Of a DNA stretch of 64,000 nucleotides, positions 19,450-28,690 are shown piece by piece (the stretch's first letter is position 1; each line of letters opens with the position of its first letter). Origin of the DNA: Acidimicrobiia bacterium (GTDB taxonomy: Bacteria; Actinomycetota; Acidimicrobiia; IMCC26256; JAMXLJ01); the NCBI GenBank assembly GCA_024281095.1, contig JAMXLJ010000093.1:14310-78309 (forward strand), given 5' to 3'. The translations under genes and the position numbers were made by a program. A model generated the notes under the pieces. The model did no database searches. It was not told the DNA's origin and was given only the letters and a program-made list of their open reading frames with translations.

Positions 19450-20271
19450 TCACGTGAACGGATAAGCCAAATGAGCCAGGTACCCCTCCGGCGGGACAGG
19501 GTCATGCGTCCCGAATCCGCTCGGACGCCTGTCCTTCGGGAGGTACGCCGTTCCGAAGAGCAGATCGACGAGGGGCAGCCCGAAATTCTTGTTGCGGGCG
19601 TCGTCGTCGATGGCGTGGTGCCAATGGTGCCATTCAGGTGTGTTGACGACCCAGCGCAGGAAGGGGAACCGCATCCGCACGTTCGCGTGCTGGAACAGCG
19701 CGAGCAGCGTGACGAACACGACGACAGCGGCGAACGCGCCACCCCCGTATCCGAGCAGGAACAGCGGCATCACCGTGAAAGTCTGCGTGAAGGCCGAGTC
19801 GAGCGGGTGCAGACGTCCCGACGCTACCCAGTCCATGTACTCGATGCTGTGGTGCACCGCATGGAAGCGCCACAGAAACGGCACCTGATGCGTGAGCCGG
19901 TGGCCCCAGTAGTTGCCGACGAGGACGGTGAGCACGGCCACGGTCGCGGCCACAGCGCCCGGGAGATGGCTCTGGACATCGAACCGACGGAGCCAGATCA
20001 GCGGAAGGGCGCCGATGACGACGAACACCACCGTGGCCGCGGAGACGAGCAAATTGTTGACGAGGAGGTGGGTCAGGTCGGTGACGATTCCGGGCCGGAA
20101 CACGTTCTGCGGGCGGAGCGCGAAGAGCTTCTCGAGCGGCACGAACAGCAGGAACAAGACCGCGATCCCGACGACGGCGTTCCCGCGTACGAGCAGCGCC
20201 ACGACGAGCGCCACCGTGAACGTGATGGCGCTGAGGACTCCCGTGCGGGTGGGTCGTTCCGAGGTCTTCAT
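19450..20271 (-). CDS. Sterol desaturase / fatty acid hydroxylase family protein
   Basis: His boxes YWGHRLTH, FHAVHHS, HAN and HHWHH; KNFG..LVDLLFGT. Confidence 0.9.
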   Translation of the reverse strand: MKTSERPTRTGVLSAITFTVALVVALLVRGNAVVGIAVLFLLFVPLEKLFALRPQNVFRPGIVTDLTHLLVNNLLVSAATVVFVVIGALPLIWLRRFDVQSHLPGAVAATVAVLTVLVGNYWGHRLTHQVPFLWRFHAVHHSIEYMDWVASGRLHPLDSAFTQTFTVMPLFLLGYGGGAFAAVVVFVTLLALFQHANVRMRFPFLRWVVNTPEWHHWHHAIDDDARNKNFGLPLVDLLFGTAYLPKDRRPSGFGTHDPVPPEGYLAHLAYPFT

Positions 20272-20363
20272 GCGCCCCTTGTACGCCGCCCGTGTCAGCG
20301 GCACAACGCGGAATTGCGATGGTTTCGTGAAGCGCGTTCGGCCGGCGCCCCCGTCGCCGAGCG

Positions 20364-21422
20364 TCAGCGAATGGTGCCGAGCAGACGGTTCGCTCCCCAC
20401 TCGACGGTGTCGAGGAGCTCACGACGGCATTGCGGCGGTGGATCCGACCGCAACTCGCACGCCGCCGAGCGGATCGCGGCCGCGATGGCGCGCACCTCCT
20501 CGACGAGCGGGCCACTTCCCGCGTCGATGCGGGGCTCGAGCAGCGAGACCGCCGCTTCAAAGCGTCGCGCCCGCGCGACCGCGGCCGCGACGCGCGGGAC
20601 GAACCGCCGCAAGAGCTCGAACGCGTCCTCGTCGAAGCGCTCGCTCGGCGGCGCACCGAACGTGATGACGCCGAACAACGTGCCGTCGTGCTCGAGCGGT
20701 GCGCACATCACCGACGTGGGTCGCGACGGCGAGTGCGCGGTGTCGAGCGCCAGCGGTACCGGACCGGAGAGCAGCATCGGCTCCCGTGCCAGGGCGACCT
20801 GCATCTCCAGCGCGTCCGCAACTCGGAGGCCGTTGCCCGAGCCGTGCGACGCCGCTTCGCGCAGATCACCGTCGTCGGTGAGCAAGCTCACCGACGCGTT
20901 CGCGGCAACAAGCATCGTGGCGCCCTTTTCCAACGCCGCGTGCAGCACGACGTCGAGCTCGAGCGAAGCGCTCACGGCACGCTCGGCATCCGCGAGCGCC
21001 GCCGAATCGAGGATGCGCTCGGCCACCTCGTAGTCGACTTGGCGTGCCTCGTGCCCCAGTGAGCTCAGCCGCCGCAGGTGCATCTCCTTCTCGAGCGCAT
21101 ACGCGATGAACGCCACGCTGAACAGCAGCATCGCGAGACGTGCGGTGTCGACGTCGACGATCGAGGAGCTGCGCTTGAAATCGATCCAGAGATCGTTGGC
21201 AAGCGTCGTCAGCACCAGGCCGAGCAACACCACCACGGCGACGATCGCGATCTGCGCCCGGCGCCGCCGAATCGCCGCGTCCGTCACCCGACCGTTGCTG
21301 CGAAGCCCTGTGGCGCGTTCCTCGCGACGGATCTGGTCACGGATCGTCTCGGTCGATGCGGAGCGCGCGGCATTGAAGGCGTCGCGCGGAGGCGCAGCGA
21401 GGGCGCCGTGCGTTCTGTTCAT
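20364..21422 (-). CDS. Membrane-anchored GAF-domain protein with a degenerate HisKA-like tail
   Basis: 2 TM helices, SVMCAPL...FGVI..F...(D)ELL GAF signature, C-terminal helical hairpin. Confidence 0.7.
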   Translation of the reverse strand: MNRTHGALAAPPRDAFNAARSASTETIRDQIRREERATGLRSNGRVTDAAIRRRRAQIAIVAVVVLLGLVLTTLANDLWIDFKRSSSIVDVDTARLAMLLFSVAFIAYALEKEMHLRRLSSLGHEARQVDYEVAERILDSAALADAERAVSASLELDVVLHAALEKGATMLVAANASVSLLTDDGDLREAASHGSGNGLRVADALEMQVALAREPMLLSGPVPLALDTAHSPSRPTSVMCAPLEHDGTLFGVITFGAPPSERFDEDAFELLRRFVPRVAAAVARARRFEAAVSLLEPRIDAGSGPLVEEVRAIAAAIRSAACELRSDPPPQCRRELLDTVEWGANRLLGTIR

Positions 21423-21545
21423 GTTGGGACTCTCCCGGACGACTCTTCGCGGTATCGGAGAATACGGCCGCGAATCTTGAACGCATTGGCCCACGAACTT
21501 CGATGAACCACCAGCCTGCGCCGTGGTTCTGAGAAATTCGCCGGC

Positions 21546-22757
21546 TCAGCGGTCGTGCGCCGTCACCCAGTCGAGGATCTCGTAGTAGACGCGCAGAATC
21601 GAGTTCGCGTACCCATCGGCGGTAGCCCACGTGTGCGTGAGACCGGCCCATGTGCGGGCCTGCCCTTTGCGGAAGTTCTGATCCATGTTGGGATCGACGG
21701 GCGGATGCGCGAAGCGCGCGACGGTGATCTTCGGATCCGCGTAGACGTGGAGATACTGCATCTGCACGCGTACGCCGGTGCGCGCGTCGGGATACACGTG
21801 TCCGTGCGCGCAGCTGTCGCAGGCGCCGACACCGGCGAAGTTGTTGTCAGTTCCGTTCACGAGCCCGCCCGCCGGGTACGAGAACGAGCCGGTCTCGACG
21901 ATCGACTGCGCGAAGGCGATGTCGCCCCGTACACCCTCGTCGTGGCCCTCGCCGAGGAACAGGGCCGCGAGATCGTCGATGGTCACCGTGGTGTTGGGCG
22001 GCGGTCGCGTCGCCTTGAACCACGAGGCGAGATCGGCGGCGGTCAGCGCGGGCGTGCCCAGGATCGGCGTGTCGATACCGTTCGAGACAGAGAGCCACCG
22101 GTCGAGTCTTCGGTGAGCTGCGTCGGCCCTCACACGCGCGCCGGCCACCGCGGCATCGGCAGCCGGAACGGTACGTTCGACCGCCGTGACACGCGCCCTG
22201 CGCCTGGCCCGCTCCTCCTCGGCCTGCTTCGCGGCTCGAACCGCGGCAGCGTGATCGGCGCGGGCCTGCGCCACGACGCGCCGGCGGGCGTCGTCGGCCC
22301 GGCTCAGCAGGAGCCGGCGGCGGCCGGTGTCGAGGGGGTCCGTTACGGTGAGGATGTCGAGCGCGGGCGCGTCGCCCCCGCCTTGCATGTATGTGAGCGC
22401 GGCGATCCGGTCGAGCTCCGCTCGGGTCGCGGCGTACCGGGCTTCGGCATCGGCTGCGGCCGCGTTGAGGTCCGACGTGGCGGCGTCCGCCTGAGCGAGC
22501 GCCGCCTGGGCGGCGGCAAGATCCGCGGCGATCCGGTTGCGGCGGCCGGTGGCGTCGGACAGCGCGGCGTCGGCGGCGCCGGCGCCGGCCGACAGGCCGG
22601 CGATGCGAACGAGCGGGGTGGGGTCCGGTGCGGCGGGCGCAGCCGCGGTCGGTGGCGGAGCGGGCGCGGGCGCGGCTCCCAGCGGGATCCCGCTGAGGAC
22701 CAGGTTCATCAGGGCGAGCGCGACGACGGTGCCGGCACGGGTCACGTCCATGATCAT
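21546..22757 (-). CDS. Secreted coiled-coil + glucosaminidase (GH73-like) peptidoglycan hydrolase
   Basis: Signal peptide, Ala-rich coiled coil, RGDIAFAQSIVETG, NNFAGVGA and WATADGY. Confidence 0.8.
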   Translation of the reverse strand: MIMDVTRAGTVVALALMNLVLSGIPLGAAPAPAPPPTAAAPAAPDPTPLVRIAGLSAGAGAADAALSDATGRRNRIAADLAAAQAALAQADAATSDLNAAAADAEARYAATRAELDRIAALTYMQGGGDAPALDILTVTDPLDTGRRRLLLSRADDARRRVVAQARADHAAAVRAAKQAEEERARRRARVTAVERTVPAADAAVAGARVRADAAHRRLDRWLSVSNGIDTPILGTPALTAADLASWFKATRPPPNTTVTIDDLAALFLGEGHDEGVRGDIAFAQSIVETGSFSYPAGGLVNGTDNNFAGVGACDSCAHGHVYPDARTGVRVQMQYLHVYADPKITVARFAHPPVDPNMDQNFRKGQARTWAGLTHTWATADGYANSILRVYYEILDWVTAHDR

Positions 22758-22798
22758 CGGCACGCGGTGAGGCCCGGTTGACGGCGCGCGGGCGTGCA

Positions 22799-23992
22799 TC
22801 ACGCGGGCGTCGGACGAGCGGGCGCCAATCGGGCCCTCACCGGCCGCGGAGCATCCGGAGAGTCCGGCGAGTCCGGAGAGTCCGCCCGGGCGCCGTCCCG
22901 CACGAGGGCGACGATGGCGGCCACCCGCAGCACGACGAGGGCAAGCATCGTGTAGGCCCACGCCCTCGTCCAACCGAAGTGGTGCCCGAGCGACCCGAAG
23001 ACCAGCACGAAGATGCCGATATCCGCGAGGACGTACGCGACATAGTCACGCCGCGGCACTGCGAGCATGACGAAGAACGGCACCAGCCACAGGTCGTACT
23101 GCGGGGAGTACACCTTGTTGCTCAGGAGGAACACAGCGGTCGCCGCCGCGCTCGCGGCGATCGGGCCGAGGGCATGACGCCACGCGAGCCACGTCACAAC
23201 GGCCATACCTGAGAGCAGGGCCAGCAGGCCGCCCACGTTGCCGATCACCGGTGCACTCCCGCGGCTCACCCAGAGGTGCAGTGCAGGTGTGCGGATCGCG
23301 TAGTGCCACAGGCTGCCCCACGTCGGGGTGCGCTTCGATTGGAAGCGCAGCGCGTACAACCAACCGCTCGGTCTGGCGACGAGAACCGGCACGTTGACGA
23401 GCGCGAACGTGACTGCCGACCAACCGAACAGGCGCGCAGCACCGCGCGCGTCGCCGGAGCGCAGACGGTTTGCGACGAGCGGGGCAACGAAGAGACCGGG
23501 GTAGATCTTCATTGCCGCGCCGATTCCCAACAGCACGCCCGCGCGCGTGTCACGCTGCCGCTCGAACGCAAGGAGCCCCGCGACCGCGGGCGCGAGGGCG
23601 AAGAGATCCCAGTTCGCCGAACCGTAGAGCGCCAGCGGTGGAGCGAGCGCGAAGTACCAGGCTCGATTTCCGTAGCGACGCGCCAGCAGCCACGCGGTCA
23701 ACACTGCGAGCACGAGGGCCGCGAGCGACGTCACCGTGAAGAACGACCGCGCGGTGTCGGTGACGAGTGTGACGGCCCAGAACACCAGCCCGGTGCCCAC
23801 CGGATACTCGAAGTTCGCGTTCGGACTCACGTACGGAAACGCGTCCGGCCGAATGCCTCGGTTCTGGAAGTCGCGGCCGAGATCGCTGATGCAGGCGTTC
23901 GAACAGGCGGCGAGCCGCACGCCGATCCCGGCACCCGCGGTGAGCGCGGTGGCCACGACGATCGCCGCGACGAGCCGGTGCGGGGCGGACAC
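22799..23992 (-). CDS. Glycosyltransferase family 87 (GT-C) protein
   Basis: SD motif, FEYPVGTG, NWDL, KIYP and KVYSPQY. GTG start chosen from a TAGGAT -10 located 8 nt upstream. Confidence 0.82.
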   Translation of the reverse strand: MSAPHRLVAAIVVATALTAGAGIGVRLAACSNACISDLGRDFQNRGIRPDAFPYVSPNANFEYPVGTGLVFWAVTLVTDTARSFFTVTSLAALVLAVLTAWLLARRYGNRAWYFALAPPLALYGSANWDLFALAPAVAGLLAFERQRDTRAGVLLGIGAAMKIYPGLFVAPLVANRLRSGDARGAARLFGWSAVTFALVNVPVLVARPSGWLYALRFQSKRTPTWGSLWHYAIRTPALHLWVSRGSAPVIGNVGGLLALLSGMAVVTWLAWRHALGPIAASAAATAVFLLSNKVYSPQYDLWLVPFFVMLAVPRRDYVAYVLADIGIFVLVFGSLGHHFGWTRAWAYTMLALVVLRVAAIVALVRDGARADSPDSPDSPDAPRPVRARLAPARPTPA

Positions 23993-24066
23993 GGCGGCGA
24001 ATCCTACGGCGATGCGCCAGGGAACGGCCCGCGGGCCGCCCGAGCGCCGCAGTACGTTTCGAGCTC

Positions 24067-25278
24067 GTGAACTTCTTCTTCTTCCATTTGATGCCGTGGC
24101 CGGATTTGCCGCCACCGCGCGAGTTCCTGCGTGAGCACGAAGCCGCGTGGGTCACACTGCCCAATTCGCTCTACGACCCCACCGCCGGCGCGCGGCTCTA
24201 TACGCGCTATCTCGACGAGCTCGTCGCCGCCGAGGAGCTCGGCTTCGACGGCGTTGTCGTCAACGAGCACCATCAGAACGCCTATGGCCTCATGCCGTCG
24301 CCGAATCTGATCGCGGCCGCGCTGACGCAGCGAACCGAGCGGGTCAAGATCTGCGTGCTCGGCAACGCGCTTCCTTTGTACAACCCACCGACGCGCGTCG
24401 CGGAGGAGTTCGCGATGCTTGACGTGTTGAGCGGCGGCCGCCTGATCAGCGGGCTCGTCGTCGGCGGCGGCCCCGAGTACTACTCCTACAACGTGAACCC
24501 GACCGAGGCGCGTGAGCGTTTCCGTGAGGCGGTCGACCTCGTGCTCCGCGCGTGGACCGAGCCGGGGCCGTTCCCCTTCGAGGGCGAGTACTACAACCTG
24601 CCCTACGTCAATCCGTGGCCCCGCCCATTGCAGCAACCCCATCCGCCGGTGTGGATCCCCGGTCTCGGGAGCCCGGGAACCATCGATTACTGCGCCGAGC
24701 GCGGATTCGGGTACATGGGAGTCGCGTACTACGCGCCGCCCGAGTCATTCGGCCGGCAGGCGGCGCGGTACCGCGAAGCCGTCGCCCGCGCCGGGCGCCC
24801 GTACGAGCCCGAGAACCTCGGCTGGTTGACGACGGTCTACGTCGCCGACAGCGACGACGAAGCTCGCGCCGACGCGTACGAGCCGCTCGCGTACTTCAGC
24901 GGCAACCTGGCCGCGGGTTTCGTGGGCGCCGGCAAGGTGTGGATGCCGCCCGGATACATCGACCCGCCCGCGCTCGTGCAATTCCTCGAGGACCTGCGCG
25001 CACAGGCACAGGCCACCGCCGGCGGGGACCGCCGCGAAGCCGCGTTCCTGCGCAACCCGCTCGTCGGCGGCGTCGACACCGTGCGGGAGCGGCTTCTCGC
25101 ACTCGTGCAGGAGCATCGGCTCGGCACGGTGCTCGCGCTCATGTCGTTCGGCAACCTCGCCGCCGACAAGGTGCGGCGGAGCATGGAGCTGTACGCGCGC
25201 GAGGTCGTGCCCTGGGTGAGGGAGCGCGCCGACGCGTGGTTCGCCGAGGAATTCCCGCACGTGGCGACCGCGCGATGA
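24067..25278 (+). CDS. LLM-class flavin-dependent oxidoreductase
   Basis: AEELGFDG...NEHH, RVAEEFAMLDVLSGGRL, PRPLQQPHPPVW. Confidence 0.92.
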   Translation: MNFFFFHLMPWPDLPPPREFLREHEAAWVTLPNSLYDPTAGARLYTRYLDELVAAEELGFDGVVVNEHHQNAYGLMPSPNLIAAALTQRTERVKICVLGNALPLYNPPTRVAEEFAMLDVLSGGRLISGLVVGGGPEYYSYNVNPTEARERFREAVDLVLRAWTEPGPFPFEGEYYNLPYVNPWPRPLQQPHPPVWIPGLGSPGTIDYCAERGFGYMGVAYYAPPESFGRQAARYREAVARAGRPYEPENLGWLTTVYVADSDDEARADAYEPLAYFSGNLAAGFVGAGKVWMPPGYIDPPALVQFLEDLRAQAQATAGGDRREAAFLRNPLVGGVDTVRERLLALVQEHRLGTVLALMSFGNLAADKVRRSMELYAREVVPWVRERADAWFAEEFPHVATAR

Positions 25279-26105
25279 CAGGCATCATGCTCGACGACCG
25301 GCGCGTGGAGCTGCTTCGCATGGGCGAGGGCGAGCCCATCCTCTACCTGCACGGTCTCGCCGACGTGCACTCGGTGTTCGAGCCCGGCGAGCCGCCCCCG
25401 TTGCTCAGTCAGCTCGCCGCGGGCCGTGAGGTCCTTGCGCCGGCACACCCCGGTTACGAGGGAAGCGGTGAGCTCGGCGTGCACGCCGACGCCGAGGACT
25501 ACGCGTTCCACCTGCTCGACGTCGTGGACGAGCTGCAGCTCGACGCCGTGGACATGGTCGGCGCGTCGTTGGGCGGGTGGCTCGCAGTCGAGTTCGCGCT
25601 CCGTCACCCCGCACGGGTGCGGCGACTTGTGCTCGTCAATCCGCTCGGGTTGCACGTGCCGCGCGCGAAGACCGGGCTGTTCTTCGGCGCCGCAGCCCCG
25701 CGCGGCATCGGCGGCTTTGCCGAAGTCCGGTCGATGCTGTTCTCGGATGCGCAATCGGCGGTCGCGACCGAAGCGCTGCCCGACGACATGAGTCGCGAAC
25801 GTCAGCTTCGCTGGTTCGGAGGCCTTGCGGCTGCGGCCCGCCTCGGATGGCGCGGCCCCGAGCTGCGCAACCCGAAGCTGCGCGGCCGCCTGCGCCGCGT
25901 CACGATCCCGACGCTGCTGCTGTGGGGGAAACACGACCGCATCTCGTCGGTCGAGCATGCGCGGGCGTGGGAGCGTGAGTTGCCCGACGCGGAGCTCGTC
26001 CTCGTTCCCGACGCCGGGCACAGCGTGCCGTTGGAACGACCCGACGTCGCGTTCGACTGGATCTCGTCGTACCTGGCCCACCCCTCCGCTCCACTCACCG
26101 CGTAA
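25275..26105 (+). CDS. Alpha/beta fold hydrolase
   Basis: YLHG, GASLGG nucleophile elbow, WGKHD, AGH; ATGA overlap with the LLM gene. Confidence 0.88.
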   Translation: MTGIMLDDRRVELLRMGEGEPILYLHGLADVHSVFEPGEPPPLLSQLAAGREVLAPAHPGYEGSGELGVHADAEDYAFHLLDVVDELQLDAVDMVGASLGGWLAVEFALRHPARVRRLVLVNPLGLHVPRAKTGLFFGAAAPRGIGGFAEVRSMLFSDAQSAVATEALPDDMSRERQLRWFGGLAAAARLGWRGPELRNPKLRGRLRRVTIPTLLLWGKHDRISSVEHARAWERELPDAELVLVPDAGHSVPLERPDVAFDWISSYLAHPSAPLTA

Positions 26106-26137
26106 ACGGCCCGACTCGGACGGGCCAATCTCGAACA

Positions 26138-26186
26138 TCGGTTGGGACGATTTCGTGCTCGTACAGCGGAAAATCGTCCCAACCGA
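26138..26186. repeat. 16-bp perfect inverted repeat (REP-like element or bidirectional terminator)
   Basis: TCGGTTGGGACGATTT ... AAATCGTCCCAACCGA with a 17-nt loop, between convergent genes. Confidence 0.7.
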
Positions 26187-26192
26187 GCGGGG

Positions 26193-27134
26193 TTATTCGA
26201 AAGCGGGCATGACCTCACGCGCGAAGCGGCGCAGGGTGGCGGGGTCGGCGCGGTCGTGCGTGAAGAACACGAAGAACGTGATGCCACGTTGCACCTGTTC
26301 GCGAATGCGCTCGACCACTGCGTCGGGCGTTCCGGTGTAGCCCCCGTCGGCGAGACCCCAGCCCGGCCCGCCGAAGCGACGGTTCGCGAGCCGCATCGCA
26401 TCATCGAGCTCCGACTCGTCACCGGCGAGCACCAGGACGGCCTCGTGCGAGATGCGGATGCTCGCCGGGTCACGACCGACGTCCGCACAGTGCCGGCGCA
26501 ACGCGTCGCGCTTCGCGTCGAACTCCCCCAAGGCGTACGTCGGGCAGTTCCAGACGTCGGCGTAGCGGGCGACGATCGGAAGTGTGAACCGCTCGCCGGC
26601 ACCACCGACGTGGATGGGCGGCCGCGGCCGCTGGACCGGGGGCGGCAAGTTGGGCATGTCGCGCACGCGATAGTGAGTTCCCTCGAACGAGGTCGACGCA
26701 TGCTCGAACATGCTCGTGATCACCGCGAGTGCTTCGCCGAGCTCACTCGAACGCTCGCGTACAGTCCCCCACGGGATGCCGGCCCGCTCGTGCTCGGCCG
26801 CATACGAGCCGCTCCCAATGCCGAGCTCGAGGCGGCCGCCGGAGATCACGTCGAGTGACGTCGCCATCTTGGCGAGCAGCACGGGATGCCGGAACGTGTT
26901 GGACGACACGAGCTGGCCGGCGCGCAACCGGCTCGTGTGCGCGAGCACCGAGGATGTCAGCGTCCACGCCTCGAACGACGGTTGCTGGGGCAGCTCGGGG
27001 CCGTAGAGATGGTCGAAGAACCAGATGGAATGGAAGCCGAGCTCGTCGCAAAGCTCCGCGCGGGCGCGGATCTCGTCGTACGAGAAGCCGATCTGGGGGA
27101 GATAGATGCCGAACTCGACCTTGGAGCGCTCCAC
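26193..27134 (-). CDS. LLM-class (possibly F420-dependent) oxidoreductase
   Basis: GFHSIWFFDHL, RHPVLLAKMATSLDVISGGRLELGIGSG, PPIHVGGAGE. Confidence 0.9.
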   Translation of the reverse strand: MERSKVEFGIYLPQIGFSYDEIRARAELCDELGFHSIWFFDHLYGPELPQQPSFEAWTLTSSVLAHTSRLRAGQLVSSNTFRHPVLLAKMATSLDVISGGRLELGIGSGSYAAEHERAGIPWGTVRERSSELGEALAVITSMFEHASTSFEGTHYRVRDMPNLPPPVQRPRPPIHVGGAGERFTLPIVARYADVWNCPTYALGEFDAKRDALRRHCADVGRDPASIRISHEAVLVLAGDESELDDAMRLANRRFGGPGWGLADGGYTGTPDAVVERIREQVQRGITFFVFFTHDRADPATLRRFAREVMPAFE

Positions 27135-27143
27135 GGCCCGGGG

Positions 27144-27153
27144 ACCGTACACT
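27144..27153. promoter_or_regulatory. Overlapping bidirectional -10 hexamers
   Basis: TACACT (+) lies 6 nt before ATG 27160; TACGGT (-) lies 9 nt before GTG 27134; no RBS for either gene. Confidence 0.55.
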
Positions 27154-27159
27154 CCCGCC

Positions 27160-27609
27160 ATGCCCGGCGTCGCGTTCAACCATGTCGGCCACTGCGTCAA
27201 CGATCTGGAACGGTCGCGACGGTTCTACGAGGAGCTCCTCGACTTCACGTTCCAACGCGTGATCTCACCGCCCGACGAGCCATCCGCCCAGTTGTTGCAG
27301 ATGAAACCGCCGATCGGTATGACGGCGTGCTATCTCGGGCGTGACGGGCTGGTGCTCGAGCTGTTGCACTACGCGGACGCGGAAACCGTCCAACACGGGC
27401 CACGCGTGATGAACGAGACGGGCCTCACCCACTTGTCACTGAGCGTCGACGACATCGACGCGGTCTGCCGGCGCATTCCGGAGTACGGCGGCGAGGTCCT
27501 CGCCGACACGAATATCGGCTTCGGTGTGTTCGTGCGCGATCCCGACGGTCAGCTGATCGAGCTGCTGCCGATGAGCTACCGCGAGCAGCTCGACCAGGCG
27601 AGCAGCTGA
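27160..27609 (+). CDS. VOC (glyoxalase/bleomycin resistance) family protein
   Basis: FNHVG..VNDLERSRRFY, LELL, THLSLSVDDID, RDPDGQLIELL. Confidence 0.9.
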   Translation: MPGVAFNHVGHCVNDLERSRRFYEELLDFTFQRVISPPDEPSAQLLQMKPPIGMTACYLGRDGLVLELLHYADAETVQHGPRVMNETGLTHLSLSVDDIDAVCRRIPEYGGEVLADTNIGFGVFVRDPDGQLIELLPMSYREQLDQASS

Positions 27610-27713
27610 CCCGGCGTCGCGCGTCCGCGCGCTCGCCACGCGCATGGTGCCCATTCGCACCGGGAACGCTGACGGTCGCGTATCGTTGAACGAGGCCGAC
27701 GAAGGACGACTCG

Positions 27714-28622
27714 ATGCACGATCGGATCGGGCTCCTGTACCTCGAACGGCTCGGCGCCGACGACGTCGAGCTGCTCGCCGACGCCGCCCGACACGGCGGT
27801 TACCGCGAGGTCGATGCCGCGCGGTTGCGCGCGGAGCCGGCTCGGATCGTGCCGTTGTTGTCGGAGCAGGCCACGCGTGACGCGGTGTTCGGCACCGCCG
27901 AGGAACTCGCGACCCCGGGCCGCCTCGTCACGGCGCGTGCCACCGCGTCGGCCTTCCTCACCTTCGCGGTCGCGGTGCACCAGGCCGCCGCAGAGTTGGA
28001 CGACCTGCACTTCACCGCGGAGTGGGTGGGCCCGCGCCGGCGTCTGCCTGTGTTCGACGTGCCCGTCCTGCGCGACTTCGTCGCCGATCCGATGCGCCGG
28101 CTGTTCCTGGTCGAGCTGCTCGCGTCGTACACCCACGTTGGCAGCGGAGCCACCTGGGAACGGACCTCGCGCGGCTGGCGACGCCGTCGGTTCAGCGAGC
28201 TCGAGCCTGCGCAGCTCGCCGCGCTGCTCGAGGTCGTCCCGGAGTCGGAACGGCCCGGTGTGTACCGGCGCCTCGGCGACCTCGCCCTCTTTCTCACGGG
28301 CGTGTTCCCGGACCACACCGCGGCGCGCGGCCTCGGGCCGGCGCAACGGCTCCGCCTGCTGCGCGTCAGTGGCGTCGACGCGGACATCGACGACGTCCTG
28401 CCCGCCGATGTCACCGCACTGGGCACCGTTGGACTCCTGGAGCTGCTCGGTGAGCGTTGGTACCGCCTCGCGGTCGCGAACGCGCGGCCCCCGCTCACGG
28501 CGACGATGCAGGTGACGGGAGCAGTCTCGGAACAGTTCCGGCAGGCTCGCCGGGTGCTCAACTTCGTCACCGATCAATTCCTGTTCCCCATGCGGGGACA
28601 GTGGTTCGGGATCGCGAGCTGA
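27714..28622 (+). CDS. Conserved hypothetical protein
   Basis: Good codon bias; family-like motif RRLGDLALFLTGVFPD; function unknown. Confidence 0.7.
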   Translation: MHDRIGLLYLERLGADDVELLADAARHGGYREVDAARLRAEPARIVPLLSEQATRDAVFGTAEELATPGRLVTARATASAFLTFAVAVHQAAAELDDLHFTAEWVGPRRRLPVFDVPVLRDFVADPMRRLFLVELLASYTHVGSGATWERTSRGWRRRRFSELEPAQLAALLEVVPESERPGVYRRLGDLALFLTGVFPDHTAARGLGPAQRLRLLRVSGVDADIDDVLPADVTALGTVGLLELLGERWYRLAVANARPPLTATMQVTGAVSEQFRQARRVLNFVTDQFLFPMRGQWFGIAS

Positions 28623-28690
28623 AGCGGAGGCGTGGCCGGAGGCCGGGACGCCGCAGCGGAAGCGACCTGACAACATCGCGAGCTGAGGGG

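Noticed and set aside
22855-22884. 9-bp tandem repeat (CCGGAGAGT-like)
   Set aside because: It encodes a DSP-DSP-DSP low-complexity tail of the GT87 protein and is trivial.
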